Positions 9,572-19,763 are shown, counted from the stretch's first letter. The stretch is DNA of 49,279 nt from Leidyana gryllorum EB-2025a (GCA_048772705.1 JBLWGC010000005.1:1-49279), one strand, 5' to 3'. Made by a program: numbers and translations. Notes: generated by a model from the sequence alone, not told the origin.

Positions 9572-9944
9572 ACTAAAAGTCTTGAAACGCGGTGAAAATA
9601 AGCACTCGCCGCAGCCGCATCTGGGGCCACTCCTCGCGGCATCCCGAGTTCGACAGTTGCCAACTTGCCCGAGTGGGAGGGGTGGTGGAGTTGAATTCTA
9701 TTGGGCCTGGTCCGCGCGGGTGCATGCTTTGGGCGAGAGCCGTACCATCCTGAAAAGCAGTGGGATGTCAGGTCAACACCAAAATTAGCTTTTCTGGGAA
9801 TCGGATCCATTTCTCTTTCCATTCTGACAGGGATACCACCGCTAGACCAAATAGCCGAATACTTGGATGCATGCAACCGGATATACAGATAGAGATTCGA
9901 ATCTACCGTAGCTTTTCCAGCCTATTCTCGAGGATGATCACCGT

Positions 9945-10028
9945 TGCACAGAATGGCATTCGAACCCATGCAGACTTGCGCCTACCAGAACTTGAGTCTG
10001 GCCCCTTAGACCACTCGGGCATCTGTGC
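9945..10028 (-). tRNA. trnL: tRNA-Leu(CAA), C61G variant
   Basis: CCAGA-CT CAA GT-TCTGG. Confidence 0.8.
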
Positions 10029-10302
10029 GTTACTTTCTTTCTGAGTTCCTGAGTGTTAATGGCTTCCGTTGCGACGTCGATGTCGTTCTGGGTGCAGTGT
10101 ACCGCCCCGGAGTACTCTTACGCCCCGAGTTGCTTAGATGGCAACGCACGTGATTGTAGTGGTGGCATCAAATATTCGACGACCAAATTCCGTCCCGCCG
10201 GGAGTTGAGGAGTGGACTCCTTACAACGTAGTTCGTCTGACACTGCTGTTCCATTCCATCCTGATCGATGCTTCGCTACCTGTACAGCCTCGCTCAAAGA
10301 TT

Positions 10303-10374
10303 GTCCGAGTCGTCTAGTGGTTAGGACAGCACGTTGTGGCCGTGCAAACCCAGGCTCGATTCCTGGCTCGGACA
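10303..10374 (+). tRNA. trnH: tRNA-His(GTG)
   Basis: GCACG-TT GTG GC-CGTGC; C54. Confidence 0.9.
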
Positions 10375-10449
10375 AGCAGTCCAAAGTGCATTGCTCTTCG
10401 CCCCGGTTGAAAACATTGTTGCAGCCATGTTCAAGTCTGTACGATCGGC

Positions 10450-10508
10450 TGCACCTGCCGGGGCTGTGAGCATGGGAAGCTCGCATCCTACTCTTGGACC
10501 ACAAGTGC
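10450..10508 (-). pseudogene. tRNA-Gly(CCC), T-arm deleted
   Basis: internal deletion. Confidence 0.72.
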
Positions 10509-10692
10509 ATCAGCACCCCGAGACTCGGCGGCAGTCTGCGTTGAGCTAGTGGGTGCCTCAGGTACTGGCAGGTTCCAGTCTGCGACTTTGTGGCTAAGAG
10601 ACTTACCCTCTGGTGGCTGAGCTACGAGGCTCGGCTAAGATGAGTGGAGCTTGAGAGACTTAAGCTTTGCAGGTGCCCAGTCGATGCAGTCA

Positions 10693-10764
10693 AGCCTTCT
10701 GCCGGAATCGAACCGCCGACCTTTCGCTTACTAAGCACATGCTCTGCCCCTAAGCTAAGAAGGC
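10693..10764 (-). tRNA. trnT: tRNA-Thr(AGT), degenerating
   Basis: anticodon stem mismatches. Confidence 0.68.
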
Positions 10765-10850
10765 AATGTTAACGGAAGTTACTGAAGCACAATGACTTCC
10801 GCTGCTCCACCCAACGGCACATAGGGTGTAATTAAGTTTATAGCTTCGTT

Positions 10851-10922
10851 GCTGCCTAGCTGAGTCCGTAGAGCGCAAGACTTTTAATCTTGCAGTCGCG
10901 GGTTCGAGCCCCGCGGGCGGTG
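10851..10922 (+). pseudogene. tRNA-Lys(TTT), 5' damaged
   Basis: acceptor/D arm mutated. Confidence 0.68.
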
Positions 10923-10982
10923 CAAATCAATGTCTCTGGGAGTAGGAGTGGAACCGTTGCCTACAAGCACACTCTGCTGGAT

Positions 10983-11055
10983 TTCCACTGCCGGGACTTG
11001 AACCCGGATCATGCGGGTGAGAGCCGCATATCCTAGCCACTTAGACTACAGTGGA
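10983..11055 (-). tRNA. trnE: tRNA-Glu(CTC)
   Basis: intact. Confidence 0.9.
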
Positions 11056-11136
11056 CAACTTCCTCAGCTGCAGCTTTGGACGAAAGCCGTGCCATCTTGA
11101 GATGAGATGGAGCGTCGGGTCAACCGACAAGCAACG

Positions 11137-11208
11137 GGGCTGTTCTGGGAATTGAACCCAGGACTTCTTCCACCCGAAGGAAGAATAATACCACTAGACC
11201 AAACAGCC
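11137..11208 (-). tRNA. trnP: tRNA-Pro(CGG)
   Basis: CTTCC-TT CGG GT-GGAAG. Confidence 0.85.
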
Positions 11209-11341
11209 GCCTGTCGGTCGTGCAACCTGCTGAGTACAGTTGAGATAGTGGTCATACTATGTCGAGAACCAACAAATGCGATGGGGTCTGCACAACAAAA
11301 TGGAAAGACTTTTGGAGTTGGAGGCCGGCGTATTTAGAGCG

Positions 11342-11412
11342 GCCGAGATAGTCTAGTGGTTAGTATTTCCGCCTATCACGCGCAACACCAGGTTCGATTC
11401 CCGGTCTCGGAG
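11342..11412 (+). pseudogene. tRNA-Asp pseudogene (ATC)
   Basis: multiple lesions. Confidence 0.68.
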
Positions 11413-11495
11413 CACACCTGGTTGCGGCGCGACCTCAAAACTAGTCTTCACTTCGTGAAACCTCGCCACTTCTCTTGGTCTGCGGGACCTTCGCT

Positions 11496-11568
11496 GCCGC
11501 CATGGTCTAGTGGTCACGACGTCTGCTTAACACGCAGAAGGTCCCGAGTTCGATCCTCGGTGGCTGTA
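11496..11568 (+). tRNA. trnV: tRNA-Val(AAC) variant
   Basis: one acceptor mismatch. Confidence 0.82.
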
Positions 11569-11622
11569 AACTCGCGTTTGTCAGGTGAGCACCACGAAAT
11601 CTAAAGCGGAAGAACGAAGTGT

Positions 11623-11694
11623 CTCTGAGACCGGGAATCGAACCCGGGTCTTCCGAGTGATAGGCGGAAATACTAAGCACTATACTATGTCAGA
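11623..11694 (-). pseudogene. tRNA-Asp pseudogene (ATC)
   Basis: multiple lesions. Confidence 0.68.
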
Positions 11695-11782
11695 CGCTCG
11701 TGGATACCCCGGCCTTCAACCCCAAAAGTCCTTGAGACTTCACGGGCAGAAAGCGTGTAAAGTGGCGAGCCAAGAGCACTTC

Positions 11783-11846
11783 GGCAAGATGGCCGAGTGA
11801 TCTAGGGCGAGTGCGAAAAAACGTGGGTTCGAATCCCACTCTTGTC
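11783..11846 (+). pseudogene. tRNA-Leu with internal deletion
   Basis: ends intact, anticodon arm lost. Confidence 0.68.
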
Positions 11847-11914
11847 AACCGTTGTATTGTATTGAGTCGTCCCCTCTCTTCACCTATAGACAGGTCGTTC
11901 GAGCTACATACGGC

Positions 11915-11985
11915 TGCACCTGCGGGGACTCGAACCCGGGTTACGACCTTGGAAGGGTCGCATCTTACCCTTAGACCACAAGTGC
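11915..11985 (-). tRNA. trnG: tRNA-Gly(TCC)
   Basis: one T-stem mismatch. Confidence 0.83.
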
Positions 11986-12126
11986 AATTGCGAAAGATCT
12001 GCAGCACCCCGAGAGACTCGGGCCCCGAGAGACTCGGGAAATTTATCTCGGACCCGGACTTCAACCCCAAAAGTCTTCCTCCTCGAGACTTCACGGACAG
12101 AAAACGTGGGGAGCCAAGAACATTCC

Positions 12127-12207
12127 GGCGAGATGGCCGAGTGGTCTCAAGCGGTGTGTTCAGGTCGCAAGTCCGAAAGGGCGTGGGTTCGGATCCTGCT
12201 CTTGTCA
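12127..12207 (+). pseudogene. tRNA-Leu(CAG) pseudogene
   Basis: many substitutions. Confidence 0.68.
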
Positions 12208-12267
12208 GCCGTTGTATCGGCACTCGGTCAGCCACTAGATGCAATGGGTCTTCCATGTAGTGCGGAT

Positions 12268-12339
12268 GGGCGGCTAGCTCAGATGATAGAGCGCTCGCTT
12301 TGCATGCGAGAGTACTGGGATCGATACCCAGGTCGTCCA
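12268..12339 (+). tRNA. trnA: tRNA-Ala(TGC) variant
   Basis: G3:U70; G19A; 1-nt deletion. Confidence 0.75.
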
Positions 12340-12484
12340 AACTTCGTACGGGTGCACGCACCGTATGTAAATACTCGAAGTTACGAACTTTGAAGGGCCC
12401 AGGACCACATATCACGCAGCGTGCTTGTCATGCGCGAGAGCCGTATACGTAGCCACTGTCTGCGGCATACCGAGTTCGACAGTT

Positions 12485-12566
12485 GGCAACTTGCCCGAGT
12501 GGTTAAGGCGGTAGACTAGAAATCTACTGGGCCTGGCCCGCGCTGGTTCAAATCCAGCAGTTGTCG
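12485..12566 (+). tRNA. trnS: tRNA-Ser(AGA)
   Basis: near-intact. Confidence 0.86.
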
Positions 12567-12630
12567 TGCGATGTGGCGGAAATGATGCAATTCCCAGCAT
12601 CAAAAACTCATATGGGTCGAGACAGGGAAT

Positions 12631-12702
12631 GCCTCCTTAGCTTAGGGGCAGAGCATTCGCTTTGTAAGCGAAAGGTCGCTGGTTCGATTCCGGCAGGAGG
12701 CT
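12631..12702 (+). tRNA. trnT: tRNA-Thr(TGT)
   Basis: intact. Confidence 0.91.
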
Positions 12703-12880
12703 TCAGTCATTAGCCCAAACATGGTTGCGATCCTCTGCCCCGCATTTCGGACGACGGCTTGCACACAGCACTCGGCCATCTTGCCGGAGTGTTCTTGGCT
12801 CGCCGTTCCACCCATTTCCTGTCGGTGAAATCTCAAAATGCGAGGACTTCTGGGGTTGGAGGCCGGCGAGTTTACTAGCG

Positions 12881-12952
12881 TCCGAGATAGTATAGTGGTC
12901 AGTATTTCCGCCTGTCACGCGGTATACCCTGGTTCGATTCCCGGTCTCGGAG
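12881..12952 (+). tRNA. trnD: tRNA-Asp(GTC), degenerating
   Basis: stem mismatches. Confidence 0.7.
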
Positions 12953-13007
12953 CACAGATGGCTTCGCTGAAGATTCTCTCCTTTGGTTCTCGCTGAACGT
13001 CGCGAGC

Positions 13008-13081
13008 TACAGCCACCGAGGACCGAACTCGGGACCTTTTGGGTGTTGAGCAGACGTCGTAACCACTAAACCGTTGACTGC
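13008..13081 (-). pseudogene. tRNA-Val pseudogene
   Basis: many substitutions. Confidence 0.65.
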
Positions 13082-13145
13082 ATGAATGGGCCCCGCAGCC
13101 CAAGAGGAGTGGCGAAGTTTTACGGAGCAGTGAGGACCAGTTCCA

Positions 13146-13216
13146 AGGTCGCGCCGGAAATCGAACCCAGGTCGGGAGATTCAGAGTCTCCAGTGCTAAC
13201 CACTCACCACGCAACC
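13146..13216 (-). tRNA. trnQ: tRNA-Gln(CTG), degenerating
   Basis: GGAGA-CT CTG AA-TCTCC; 1-nt deletion. Confidence 0.72.
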
Positions 13217-13524
13217 GCTTCAGCCCATCCCAGAAGAGTCGGTAGAACTATCCGGACTAGCCCTTTCTCAAATGAACACACGCAACACGAGTCTCTCCAC
13301 TCACCGCTGAAATAATTAACTGGCTCCTGTATATAGCGCCCAGCGTAGAGCGTTCTATTTGAGTCGGACAATCATTGAAGCACGCTCTCCGCGAATGCTA
13401 CCGACAAGGGTGAGATTCGAGATCACGCGGGTGAAACCCAACGGCTCAGCAGGCCCAAAAACATCCCCCGCTCCAGACTCATTGCCTTGTGGTCCAACAT
13501 CTCCGATCGTTCCAAACCATCTTC

Positions 13525-13596
13525 AGGGCACGCGCGGAGTTGAACCACGGACTTGCTGATCTGCAGTCAGCTGCTCTACCACTGAGCTACGTACCC
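13525..13596 (-). tRNA. trnC: tRNA-Cys(GCA)
   Basis: intact. Confidence 0.93.
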
Positions 13597-13692
13597 ACAA
13601 ACTACCCGTCATACTCGCTCAACTCGATTCTGTCTTCTCTTCTGAAGCAAAACGGCCGGTATTGTGCACGAGCACAAACAACAACGAGTTGT

Positions 13693-13763
13693 GCATCTGT
13701 GGTCTTGTGGTAGAATGTGTCGTTGCCACCGAGACGACCCAGGTTCGATTCCCGACAGACGCA
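13693..13763 (+). pseudogene. tRNA-Gly(GCC), degenerate
   Basis: several mismatches. Confidence 0.68.
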
Positions 13764-13899
13764 GGAGGCACGCCTCAAACCGCCGTGGCAAATTAGCTGA
13801 CAAGCTTGGTCGGCAGGAGGCCGGGGCATTCTGACACTTGATGTAACAACCCCCTGAGATAGAATCGAATGTGAGTTACGCGGTGGAACGGCGGTGATC

Positions 13900-13973
13900 G
13901 CTCCCCTAGCTCAGCTGGTTAGAGCATCGGCCTTATGTGCCGAAGGTCGAGGGTTCGATCTCCCCGGGGAGCA
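13900..13973 (+). tRNA. trnI: tRNA-Ile(TAT), intronless, C61T
   Basis: TCGGC-CT TAT GT-GCCGA. Confidence 0.8.
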
Positions 13974-14114
13974 AATCAACCCAATGACAGCCGAACGCGA
14001 CCGCCGAGTACTCCAGCATTTGACACCTATGAGTGCCCTAGCCGGGCAGGCCGACCAGGAGGCTGTTTGGTCTGAAGGTATGATTTTTCCTCGCTTAAAA
14101 GAACATTGCAACTG

Positions 14115-14168
14115 GGTCTTGTAGCTCAGTCGGCAGAGTCTACCCCCTAACCACTCGCGCAAGTTGCC
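14115..14168. pseudogene. Asn(+)/Ser(-) 5'-half fusion
   Basis: Asn 5' joined to reverse-complemented Ser 5'. Confidence 0.75.
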
Positions 14169-14630
14169 ACCTGTCCAACTGGGCATCTTGCGCCCAGTGC
14201 CGTCACATACGGTTCAGCAAGCTCGACTCGGACTTCTCGCGCTGCCCGAACCTGCGGTCTCCCATCAAAAGTCTTGCGCTCTATCGACGGACTTGGGGCG
14301 GCGACGAAGCTCGGACTTAGTAACAAATTCCATTCGTATTGATCGTTGAATCTTGGGCCTTCCTCGGGTACTATCAGAGATGCACTCACTTGGTCACGCA
14401 CGGGCTCCAACCGCGGACTCAAAACTCATTAGGCTCACGCTCTGGCCGCCTGAAATACGCGACCGCTTCAGAGTTGAGGTGAACAGTCACTAGCCAAAGG
14501 AGCCGACTGATGTGTTCAGCAAAACCCCATGACTGGGATTGAAGCGGCCGCTCAGACCTTTCTGCACCGAGAAGGGGCACTACCAATTCGCACGGGATTC
14601 CCGATGGAAGGCGTAGCCCGTTCCACTCTC

Positions 14631-14712
14631 GGCAAGGTGGCCGAGTGGTTGAGGCGGCGGCCTGCTAAGCCGTTGGGTTTCACCCGCGTGAGTTCGAATC
14701 TCACCCCTGTCC
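14631..14712 (+). tRNA. trnS: tRNA-Ser(GCT) variant
   Basis: GCGGC-CT GCT AA-GCCGT. Confidence 0.8.
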
Positions 14713-15038
14713 GTAGCATTCGGGAAAAAGCGCAACTGCTTTGTCCGACCCAAATCCAAGGCTCTACGCTGGGCGCTATATACAGGAGCCACTTGAAATA
14801 TTTCAGAGATCAGTAGAGACCCGTGTTGCGGGAGACCTCGGACACTGCAGTCATAAGCCCAACACTCTCGCACTGAGTTCCACTACTTCAGCGTCGGATA
14901 TCATGCAGGAAGCGGAAATGTGGTTCTTGAGATGCGGATCGATTTGACACCTATGAGTGCCGTAGCTGGGCAGGCCGACCAGGGGGCTGTTTGGTCTGAA
15001 GGTATGATTTCTCCTCGCTCAAAAGAACATTGCAACTG

Positions 15039-15111
15039 GGTCTTGTAGCTCGGTCAGCAAAGCGTGTAGCTGTTCACCACAAAGTCGCAGTTTCGAAGCC
15101 TGGCAGTACCG
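15039..15111 (+). pseudogene. tRNA-Asn pseudogene
   Basis: many substitutions. Confidence 0.68.
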
Positions 15112-15188
15112 GGAGCTGCGATGTCCAACTCTCTCTTAGAGGTCGCAACTCTGTATCTAACCACCGGCAGGTGCCGGCCTACTGAGTT

Positions 15189-15261
15189 TGGACAACGTGG
15201 GTGTCGATCCCAGTACCTCTCGCATGCAAAGCGAGCGCTCTACCATCTGAGCTAGTCGCCC
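15189..15261 (-). tRNA. trnA: tRNA-Ala(TGC) variant
   Basis: G3:U70; T-stem mismatch. Confidence 0.8.
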
Positions 15262-15349
15262 GTTGCGCAGGCCCCATCGCATGTGTTGGTTCTCAACATA
15301 GTATAACCACCCTCTCAACTGTACTCAGCGGTCTGCACGACCGACAGGC

Positions 15350-15421
15350 GGCTGTTTGGTCTAGTGGTATGATTCTTCTTTCGGGTGGAAGAAGTCCTGT
15401 GTTCGATTCCCAGAAGAGCCC
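15350..15421 (+). tRNA. trnP: tRNA-Pro(CGG), degenerating
   Basis: T-stem and acceptor mismatches. Confidence 0.68.
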
Positions 15422-15535
15422 GTCTGATAGTGGTTGACTGAATGCCACGTCTCTCCAAGGTCGTATGATCCCGGATGAAGTCCAGACCAGCTGAGACAAA
15501 ATCTGAGTTGCAGGAGTTGTGAGGGGCTGGAACTG

Positions 15536-15607
15536 CTCCGAGACCGGGAATCGAACCCGGGTCTTCCGCGTGACTGGCGGAAAAACTAATCACTATACTG
15601 TATCGGA
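15536..15607 (-). pseudogene. tRNA-Asp(GTC), degenerate
   Basis: U33A, D-loop changes. Confidence 0.68.
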
Positions 15608-15769
15608 CGCTAGTAAACACGACGGCCTCCAACCCCAGAACTCCTCGCATTTTGAGATTTCACGGACAGGAAACGGGTAACACTTCGGCAAGATGGCCGA
15701 GTGCTGTGTGCAAGCCGCCGTCCGAAAATGCGGGCGGATGATGGCAACCATGTTTAGGCTAATGACTGA

Positions 15770-15841
15770 AGCCTCCTGCCGGAATCGAACCAGCGACCTT
15801 TCGCTTACAAAGCGAATGCTCTGCCCCTAAGCTAAGGAGGC
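15770..15841 (-). tRNA. trnT: tRNA-Thr(TGT)
   Basis: intact. Confidence 0.91.
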
Positions 15842-15905
15842 ATTCCCTGTCTCGACCCATATGAGTTTTTGATGCTGGGAATTGCATCATTTCCACCACA
15901 TCACA

Positions 15906-15965
15906 CGACAACTGCTGGATTTGAACCAGCGCGGTCCACGCCCAGTAGATTTCGAGTCTACCCCC
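15906..15965 (-). pseudogene. tRNA-Ser(CGA), 5'-deleted
   Basis: 5' end missing vs 26803. Confidence 0.72.
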
Positions 15966-16052
15966 TGGCCAGTGATGTCACATACGGTTCAGCAAGCTTG
16001 ACTAGGACCCCAAACCGTTGTGAAAAAGTGCCAGCGAGTAAGAGATGTCGTC

Positions 16053-16134
16053 GGCAAGGTGGCCGAGTGGTTAAGGCGGCGGCCTGCTAAGCCGTTGGGT
16101 TCCACCCGCGGGAGTTCGAATCTCACCCTTGTCG
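16053..16134 (+). tRNA. trnS: tRNA-Ser(GCT)
   Basis: one T-stem mismatch. Confidence 0.85.
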
Positions 16135-16291
16135 GTAGCATTCGGGGAGAGCGCAACTGGTTGAATGATTGAACTGAGGTTTTTGCCCGACTCGAATCCA
16201 ACTCTTTACGCTGGGGCCTGTATACAAGACCCGTGTTGCATGTGTCCAGTTGAGGAAGCGCTAGTCCGACTCTTCTGGGATGGGCTGAACC

Positions 16292-16361
16292 GGTTGCGTC
16301 CTTGGTGGTTAGCACTCGACACTTTGGATTTTCCGACCTGGGTTCGATCCCGGCGCGACCC
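16292..16361 (+). pseudogene. tRNA-Gln(TTG) pseudogene
   Basis: GGTTGCG..CGCGACC; loop CT TTG GA. Confidence 0.7.
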
Positions 16362-16425
16362 TTGAACTGGTCCTCACTACTCCCTGAAGCTTCGCCACTT
16401 CTCTTGGGCTGCGGGGACCATCCAT

Positions 16426-16497
16426 GCAGCCATGGTCTAGTGGTTACGACGTCTGCTTAACACGCGAAGTTCCCGAGTTCGATCCTCGGTGGCTGTA
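16426..16497 (+). tRNA. trnV: tRNA-Val(AAC), 1-nt deletion
   Basis: anticodon-stem deletion. Confidence 0.7.
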
Positions 16498-16552
16498 GCT
16501 CGAAACTTTCAGCGGGCACCAAAAAAGACAATCTTAAGCGAGATCAACTGTG

Positions 16553-16624
16553 CTCCCAGACCCGGAATCGAACACGGGTCTTCCGCGTGACAGGCGGAAA
16601 TACTAACCACTATACTATCTCGGA
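16553..16624 (-). tRNA. trnD: tRNA-Asp(GTC), degenerating
   Basis: T/acceptor mismatches. Confidence 0.7.
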
Positions 16625-16718
16625 CGCTCCGAACACACCGGCCTGAAACCCCAAAAGTCCTTCCATCTTGAGATTCCAGGGATAGAAAACGCGTGGAGCG
16701 GCGAGCCAACAACATCCC

Positions 16719-16798
16719 GGCAAGATGACCGAGTGGTCTGAGGCGCTGTGCTCAGACCGGAGTCCGAAAGGTTGTGGGTTCGAATCCCACTTTTGTCA
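16719..16798 (+). pseudogene. tRNA-Leu(CAG), degenerate
   Basis: multiple substitutions. Confidence 0.68.
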
Positions 16799-16834
16799 GG
16801 TTGCGCCCCAAACGGGAAAAACATAGAGTCCGGT

Positions 16835-16906
16835 TGAGCCCAGAGTGATTCGAACACCCAACCTTCTGATCTGGAGTCAGACGCCCTACCGTTGCGCCAT
16901 AGGCCC
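16835..16906 (-). tRNA. trnW: tRNA-Trp(CCA) variant
   Basis: one D-stem mismatch. Confidence 0.85.
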
Positions 16907-17079
16907 AAAACCATCCCCCGTTCCAGACTCATTTACCGGCAATCGGACCCGCCTCTTAGGCGTAACATGCGAAAATAGTAACCACTATGCTATCTCGGAC
17001 GCTCTGAACACGCCACGGACATTCCATTCGTTCAGAAAACGGCCGTTACCGTGTACGAGCTTCAACAACAAGGTGTCAC

Positions 17080-17150
17080 GCATCTGTGGTCTAGTGGTAG
17101 AATGTCTCGTTGCCATCGAGACGACCGGGGTTCGATTCCCGGCAGATGCA
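17080..17150 (+). tRNA. trnG: tRNA-Gly(GCC)
   Basis: one T-stem mismatch; T5 downstream. Confidence 0.85.
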
Positions 17151-17225
17151 GAGAACACATGGTTGTTTTTCCACCATTCAGAAATTCATGCGTGAGTTGG
17201 TGTTTAACCCTCCAACCACATCGCA

Positions 17226-17306
17226 CGACAACTGCTGGATTTGAACCAGCGCGGCCCGGCCCAGTAGATTTCTAGTCTACCCCCTTAACCACTCGGGCAA
17301 GTTGCC
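17226..17306 (-). tRNA. trnS: tRNA-Ser(AGA)
   Basis: 1-nt variable-arm deletion. Confidence 0.85.
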
Positions 17307-17538
17307 GCTGTCGAACTTGGCATTTTGCGGCCAGTGACTTCACATACGGTTCAGCAAGCTTTACTAGGACTGCTCGCGCCGCCCGAACCCGCGGTTCTCC
17401 CTTCAAAAGTCTTGCGCTCTACCGACGGAGTTGGGGCGGCAAGAAAGCTCGGACTTGGTAACAAATTCCAGTCGTATTGATGGTGGAATCTTTCCGAGTC
17501 GGTTCGGCTCTCGGCCGAAGCCTAAACTCGACTACTTG

Positions 17539-17611
17539 TCCACTATAGTTTAAGTGGCTAGGATATGCGGCTCTCACCCGCACGATACGGGTTCAAGTCC
17601 CGGCAGTGGAA
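17539..17611 (+). tRNA. trnE: tRNA-Glu(CTC), degenerating
   Basis: 3 substitutions. Confidence 0.72.
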
Positions 17612-17687
17612 GTCATTGAAGTACTCGAGCAAAGTGCTCCACTAATCTCCGTCAGTAGCCATCGTTTCGTTATCTCCAAATTACATT

Positions 17688-17759
17688 GCCTTCTTAGCTT
17701 AGGGGCAGAGCGTTCGCTTCGTAAGCGAGAAGTCGCCGGTTCGATTCCGGCAGAAGGCT
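17688..17759 (+). tRNA. trnT: tRNA-Thr(CGT)
   Basis: intact. Confidence 0.91.
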
Positions 17760-17937
17760 TTGTTGCATCGATAGGCTTAAGAGGAATGGCTGTCACCACG
17801 TACAAGATTTACAAGATCGTGTTCTGCATCTGTGGTCTAGTGGAAGAATCGCCCGCTGCCATCGAGATAACCTGTGTGCGATTCCCGACTGCAAAATGGT
17901 AGCATGATGAGTTTGTCGGCGGTTTCGATTCCGACCG

Positions 17938-18010
17938 TGGGAGTGGAGAGGATCGAACTCTCGACTTCAGGATTATAAGACCTACGCGCTACCGACTGCG
18001 CTACACTCCC
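17938..18010 (-). tRNA. Elongator tRNA-Met body with TAT anticodon
   Basis: TAGGT-CT TAT AA-TCCTG; paralog at 45556 has CAT. Confidence 0.85.
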
Positions 18011-18086
18011 CCTCCGACTTTCTCCGAGGAATCACCCGAACCCAGAACCATGCTGCCAGGCAGGTTGGGTCAAGATACAACAAAGC

Positions 18087-18158
18087 GGGCTGTTTTGGGA
18101 ATGGAACCCAGGACTTCTTCCACCCGACGGAAGAATCATACCACTAGACCAAACAGCC
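18087..18158 (-). pseudogene. tRNA-Pro(CGG), degenerate
   Basis: T-loop TTCCATT. Confidence 0.68.
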
Positions 18159-18246
18159 GCCTGTCATTCGTGCAACCCGCTGAAGACAGTTTAAAAAGTG
18201 GTCATCCTATGTTGAGAACCAACAAATGCGATGGGGTCCGCACAAC

Positions 18247-18319
18247 GGGCGACTAGCTCAAATGGTAGAGCGCTCGCTTAGCATGCGAGAGGTACTGGGA
18301 TCGATAGCCAGGTTGTCCA
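18247..18319 (+). tRNA. trnA: tRNA-Ala(AGC), C61G variant
   Basis: G3:U70; AGC. Confidence 0.78.
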
Positions 18320-18396
18320 AACTCAGTAGGCCGGCACCTGCCGGTGGTTAGATACAGAGTTGCGACCTCTAAGAGAGAGTTGGACATCGCAGCTCC

Positions 18397-18469
18397 CGGT
18401 ACTGCCAGGCTTCGAAACTGCGACTTTGTGGTGAACAGCTACACGCTTTGCCGACTGAGCTACAAGACC
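18397..18469 (-). pseudogene. tRNA-Asn pseudogene
   Basis: mirror of 15039. Confidence 0.68.
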
Positions 18470-18795
18470 CAGTTGCAATGTTCTTTTGAGCGAGGAGAAA
18501 TCATACCTTCAGACCAAACAGCCCCCTGGTCGGCCTGCCCAGCTACGGCACTCATAGGTGTCAAATCGATCCGCATCTCAAGAACCACATTTCCGCTTCC
18601 TGCATGATATCCGACGCTGGAGTAGTGGAACTCAGTGCGAGAGTGTTGGGCTTATGACTGCAGTGTCCGAGGTCTCCCGCGACACGGGTCTCTACTGATC
18701 TCTGAAATATTTCAAGTGGCTCCTGTATATAGCGCGCAGGGTAGAGCCTTGGATTTGGGTCGGACAAAGCAGTTGCGCTTTTTCCCGAACGTTAC

Positions 18796-18877
18796 CGACA
18801 GGGGTGAGATTCGAACTCACGCGGGTGAAACCCAACGGCTTAGCAGGCCGCCGCCTCAACCACTCGGCCACCTTGCC
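18796..18877 (-). tRNA. trnS: tRNA-Ser(GCT)
   Basis: one acceptor mismatch. Confidence 0.85.
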
Positions 18878-19351
18878 GAGAGTGGAACGGGCTACGCCTT
18901 CCATCGGGAATCCCGTGCGAATTGGTAGTGCCCCTTCTCCGTGCAGAAAGGTCTGAGCGGCCGCTTCAATCCCAGTCATGGGGTTTTGCTGAACACATCA
19001 GTCGGCTCCTTTGGCTAGTGACTGTTCACCTCAACTCTGAAGCGGTCGCGTATTTCAGGCGGCCAGAGCGTGAGCCTGATGAGTTCTGAGTCCGCGGTTG
19101 GAGCCCGTGCGTGACCAAGTGAGTGCATCTCTGATACAGCTTCGCCCTGTACCCGAGGAAGGCCCAAGATTCAACGATCAATACGAATGGAATTTGTTAC
19201 TAAGTCCGAGCTTCGTCGCCGCCCCAAGTCCGTCGATAGAGCGCAAGACTTTTGATGGGAGACCGCAGGTTCGGGCAGCGCGAGAAGTCCGAGTCGAGCT
19301 TGCTGAACCGTATGTGACGGCACTGGGCGCAAGATGCCCAGTTGGACAGGT

Positions 19352-19405
19352 GGCAACTTGCCCGAGTGGTTAGGGGGTAGACTCTGCCGACTGAGCTACA
19401 AGACC
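19352..19405. pseudogene. Ser(+)/Asn(-) fusion
   Basis: mirror of 14115. Confidence 0.75.
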
Positions 19406-19546
19406 CAGTTGCAATGTTCTTTTAAGCGAGGAAAAATCATACCTTCAGACCAAACAGTCTCCTGGTCGGCCTGCCCGGCTAGGGCACTCATAGGTGTCAA
19501 ATGCTGGACTACTCGGCGGTCGCGTTCGGCTGTCATTGGGTTGATT

Positions 19547-19620
19547 TGCTCCCCGGGGGGATCGAACCCTCGACCTTCGGCACATAAGGCCGATGCTCTA
19601 ACCAGCTGAGCTAGGGGAGC
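19547..19620 (-). tRNA. trnI: tRNA-Ile(TAT), intronless
   Basis: cloverleaf, TAT. Confidence 0.85.
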
Positions 19621-19763
19621 GATCACCGCCGTTCCACCGCGTAACTCACATTCGATTCTATCTCAGGGGGTTGTTACATCAAGTGTCAGAATGCCCCGGC
19701 CTCGTGCCACCAAGCTTGTCAGCGTCTCTGCTAATTTGCCACGGCGGTTTGAGGCGTGCCTCC

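Larger units (their letters stand above)
7340..10380 (+). repeat. ~3-kb direct segmental duplication, partner ~39130..42175
   Basis: same gene order and near-identical spacers, offset ~31.8 kb. Confidence 0.92.
13451..15420. repeat. Left arm of ~2-kb inverted duplication (partner ~18087..20075)
   Basis: reverse-complement match; mirrored ORFs in the track. Confidence 0.9.

Noticed and set aside
11342-11694. Asp(ATC) as a novel isoacceptor
   Set aside because: These copies carry several other lesions and are best read as decaying pseudogenes.
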